Part shown: positions 27,810 to 30,815 of the stretch, piece after piece
How positions within the stretch are numbered: the stretch's first letter is position 1
Layout of the letters: each line of letters begins with the position of its first letter
NCBI GenBank assembly: GCA_029856155.1
Contig: JAHQWL010000061.1
Location: forward strand, 1-30,815
DNA: 30,815 bases
Reading direction: 5' to 3'
Origin: Promethearchaeia archaeon
GTDB lineage: Archaea; Asgardarchaeota; Lokiarchaeia; Sigyniarchaeales; SOKP01
The notes under the pieces: model-generated
What the model was told of the DNA's origin: nothing
What the model saw: only the letters and a program-made list of their open reading frames with translations
Databases searched by the model: none
Made by a program: the position numbers and the translations under genes

Positions 27810-28028
27810 CTTTCCCCTCTATTTTGATTTTATTCCTATTTTTTCATAGTAATTAAGAGTTAAATGTATTTAATAGATATTTAAATTTATTTATCATAAG
27901 AAAGTGGGGATTTAGTTTAATTGAATTCTTCTAAGCTTAATTAAATAAATTAAAACTATTCAAATATATAGCTTCTTCTCCTGTTATTAGTTTTTCTAAT
28001 TTAATCTGCTAGAACTAAAAAATTAAGA

Positions 28029-28442
28029 TTACAGATTAAATAATCCCTCTTTCACTCCTAAAGCTCGCGAAAAAATTCTATTTATTGCCAATTTTTTTCT
28101 TTTTAATTCTTTTATATTTACTTTATGTGAGATTTCTGCTAAATATCGAATAATTTCGAGTAAGAGTTCAATAGTGTCTTGTGGATACTCAACATTTAAT
28201 ATTCCAGCTTTGTTCCCCTCCTTTATAATTGAAGTTAAAATTGGTATATAGATTTTCCTCCCAACAGCACCAAAAGTTCTTAACACAATGGCGGAAGTAT
28301 CGCGACTTAAAAAATTTATAACCTGAATTGGTGGAATCTTATATATTTCATCATTTTCTTCTTCATCACTGCTTCCTAACATAAAGTGGATTATTTTTTG
28401 GATTTTTTCTACAGCATTTAAGTCTGGATTCTTTATGATTTT
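28029..28442 (-). pseudogene. 3' part of a TetR/AcrR-family regulator; HTH missing
   Basis: The frame extends upstream of the track ATG as KIIKNPDLNAVEKIQKII and contains PILTSIIKEGNKAGILNVEYP, typical of TetR C-terminal domains. It runs directly into the crotonase repeat, with no HTH. Confidence 0.65.
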
Positions 28443-29150
28443 ATTAAAAAAATCGGCTATATAACGTTAAATAGACCCGAGAAACATAACGCATTGAATT
28501 TTCAATTACTGGATGATCTAGATGCTGTACTTGATTATGCTGAAGCGGATGATAAAGCAAAAGTTATTGTACTAAAAGCTAATGGGAAAAGCTTCTGTTC
28601 TGGTTTTGATCTTAAGGAGTCATATTATATGACAGTACCAGAAGGTGGATGGAAATATAAAAATTCTTACGAAATTCTAAATAAAAAGATTTATGCAAAA
28701 TATCCACGCATATTTAATTTTCCAAAACCTACTATTGCACAAATTCACGGTTATTGTACCGATGCGGGATGTTACCTTCAACTTTTGTGTGATATCTCTG
28801 TGGCCGCAGACGACGCTATCTTCGGACACCCCGCCCAGAAATGGGGTGGAGCTCAGAGTATGCCTCTGTGGCAATTTTATTTAGGCGTTAAAAAAGCACG
28901 ATATCTGTTAATGACTGGTAGAACAATAACGGGAAATGAAGCAGAACAAATAGGTCTAGTTAGTTTAAGTGTCCCACGAGAAAAATTAGAAGAAGAAGTT
29001 AATAAAATTGCTAATGAAATTGCTCAAATACGCCCTGATGGAGTTTTGCATAATAAAATCTGCATGAATACAGATTTACGAATGAGAGGAATTGATGCGT
29101 TATTTGATTATTATGGTCAGATGAATCGCTTTAGTCGATTTGTGCTATAA
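28443..29150 (+). pseudogene. Enoyl-CoA hydratase/isomerase lacking its first ~10 codons
   Basis: IKKIGYITLNRPEKHNALN...GKSFCSGFDL...PKPTIAQIHGYC...LLMTGRTITGNEAEQIGLV. Upstream in-frame stop at 28419, and no ATG/GTG/TTG before TTG 28494, which lies inside the conserved N-terminal motif. Confidence 0.75.
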
Positions 29151-29268
29151 ATACAATTTTAAAAAGAATGCAGAATTTGTGAAAAAAATATCCTCACATT
29201 TAATAATAATTTGAAAGTTCTTTAAGCTATTGAAAATTTTACTACTATCTATAAAAACTAGACTTTTT

Positions 29269-29886
29269 TTATTTAGGAAAACCTTTAGTATCCCCTTCTA
29301 ACTGAATACCTATAGTATTTAGGGCCATACTTACTAGATTATACTGACCGACGGTAAAAATCAAATCTAAAAGTTGGTGTATACTATAACTCTCGGTAAG
29401 AGTCTTCCAAGTAAGATCACTAATAAAAGAGTCATAATAAAGCTCGTCTACCGCTCTTAACAAAGTTGCATCAAAATTATTCCACACATTTGAATCTGGA
29501 CCTTTTATGATCCCTTGAATTTCATCATCTGATAGCCCAATTTCTTTTCCTATTTTGACATGTTGAGCCCATTCGTATTCTGATTGGCAAAGCCAACCAA
29601 TACGAAGTATGAGAATCTCTCGTTCTCTTGCAGGAAGAGATGATTTGACCAAAATATGGCTAGCAAATACAAGCCATCGTTTAAGTAGTTTTTCATGTCT
29701 AGCTAATGTTTTAAAAATATTGATAACATGACCGGTTTTTTCATCAACCAATGGTTTTAAGATGTTTTTAATTTCTTCATTCCACTCTGATTCTTTTAAT
29801 GGATAAATTCTGGGTTGTTTAAGCCTTACCCTTTCTCGAGCAATATTATTTCCTTGTTTTTGAAATTCTTCTACTTTTTTTGTAAT
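29269..29886 (-). CDS. Carboxymuconolactone decarboxylase/AhpD-like family protein
   Basis: NIFKTLARH, LPAREREILILR, SEYEWAQH and LLDLIFTVGQY motifs. The family-typical PRIYPLKESEW lies upstream of the track's TTG 29751. Probable start is ATT 29886, 8 nt after GAGGTG. Confidence 0.85.
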   Translation of the reverse strand: MTKKVEEFQKQGNNIARERVRLKQPRIYPLKESEWNEEIKNILKPLVDEKTGHVINIFKTLARHEKLLKRWLVFASHILVKSSLPAREREILILRIGWLCQSEYEWAQHVKIGKEIGLSDDEIQGIIKGPDSNVWNNFDATLLRAVDELYYDSFISDLTWKTLTESYSIHQLLDLIFTVGQYNLVSMALNTIGIQLEGDTKGFPK

Positions 29887-29958
29887 TGTTTTTACACCTC
29901 AATCTCATTACTATAATTAATTTTAAAAAATGATGCTTATATCTTATATATCTTTAGT

Positions 29959-30759
29959 TTATCCTATTCTTGAACTTTGACCTCCGTCAACTGGGAGTAT
30001 AGCGGAAGTAATAAATTTTGCTTCATCTGAAGCCAAGAAAAGCGCGGCATAAGCAGTGTCCCAAGCATCTCCCATTCCCCCTTTTAAGGGGACCATACTA
30101 TCCCTCTCTTTTATTAAATCTTCTTTACTTATCCCTCTTGCTCTTGATATTCCTTCAATAGCCATGGGGGTATTTAAGTATCCAGGCATGATAGCGTTGA
30201 TGCGGATTCCTTTCTTAGCATATTTCATGGCTAATTGATGAGTTAAAGAATTGACTCCTGATTTTGATATTTTATAAGCGACTAAAGGAGTAGCACAGAC
30301 AGCTGCAATAGAAGATATATTGATAATAGAACCATTTCCCTGTTTTTCCATTACAGGTAATATATATTTGCATGTGAAAAACATTCCTTTCAGGTTTGCA
30401 TTAAAAATTTTATCCCATATATCTTCACTCAAATTTACCAAACTCTTATCTCCCTCTCCAATCCCAACATTATTGACAAGGATATCGATTCCTCCATATA
30501 AATCGACACATCTCTCCGCTATTTGAAGACAATCCTCCTCTTTTATAATATTGGCTTTAAAAGTGAACGATTCTTTACCTTCCTTATCTATCATCAACTT
30601 TGTTTCTTGAGCAGAATCAATATTTTGGTCAACAAGCATTACCTTGGCGCCCTCACGGGCAAAAAGAATTGAAATCGCTCTTCCGTTGCCTATTGTATCT
30701 CCCGATTGTTGTCCTGCTCCAATAACTATCGCAACTTTATCCTTCAAACGATCTCCCAT
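29959..30759 (-). CDS. Short-chain dehydrogenase/reductase (FabG-like)
   Basis: RLKDKVAIVIGAG..GNG, DILVNNVG, NISS, YKISK, NAIMPG and LPVDGG motifs. Confidence 0.92.
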   Translation of the reverse strand: MGDRLKDKVAIVIGAGQQSGDTIGNGRAISILFAREGAKVMLVDQNIDSAQETKLMIDKEGKESFTFKANIIKEEDCLQIAERCVDLYGGIDILVNNVGIGEGDKSLVNLSEDIWDKIFNANLKGMFFTCKYILPVMEKQGNGSIINISSIAAVCATPLVAYKISKSGVNSLTHQLAMKYAKKGIRINAIMPGYLNTPMAIEGISRARGISKEDLIKERDSMVPLKGGMGDAWDTAYAALFLASDEAKFITSAILPVDGGQSSRIG

Positions 30760-30815
30760 TCTATTCCACTCTTATATTCATCTTAGTTTAGGTACAATTC
30801 TTATTACTTTTAATT

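Larger units (their letters stand above)
25609..28546 (+). repeat. 104-bp diverged direct repeat (25609-25712 and 28443-28546)
   Basis: By hand alignment, 11 mismatches in 104 bp: nine synonymous and two in a single ATG/TTA codon. Confidence 0.9.

Noticed and set aside
25609-28546. Provirus or integrase-mobilised island, or an intron
   Set aside because: No integrase, transposase, maturase or viral gene; the repeats are diverged coding sequence rather than identical att sites.

Overview
Strongly AT-rich, gene-dense window that reads as Asgard archaeal (Lokiarchaeia/Promethearchaeota-like). That assignment is an inference from a longin/uDENN-type protein, several Asn-rich beta-helix surface proteins with a GSGTxxDPYII N-cap, an F420-dependent enzyme, GGR and GAGGTG/GTGAT ribosome-binding motifs. 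No rRNA, tRNA, CRISPR array, transposase or integrase was seen. The highlight is a 1037-aa membrane protein (17987-21100, minus) with Toll-like-receptor-like architecture: extracellular beta-helix solenoid with an inserted ~115-aa domain, one internal TM helix, a charged coiled-coil stalk and a cytoplasmic TIR domain retaining the catalytic Glu. It lies directly downstream of a TPR gene. Manual translation recovered genes the ORF track missed or truncated: a partial longin/uDENN protein (1-643), a membrane-anchored PD-(D/E)XK-like nuclease (~6011-6532), a thioredoxin-like protein (~10368-10658) and a TRASH/FCS zinc-finger microprotein (12188-12343). Four genes appear to start at near-cognate codons (CTG/ATA/ATT) behind SD-like motifs. 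An enoyl-CoA hydratase is split into two pieces sharing a diverged 104-bp direct repeat 2834 bp apart, enclosing a surface-protein gene and a 5'-truncated TetR-like gene. The rest is metabolic and accessory: lysophospholipase, HPS, Ddl-like ATP-grasp, NYN, GapN, metallophosphoesterase, GGR, ZIP, DDN, ICMT-like, CMD and SDR. All family calls come from motif recognition by eye, not from database searches.
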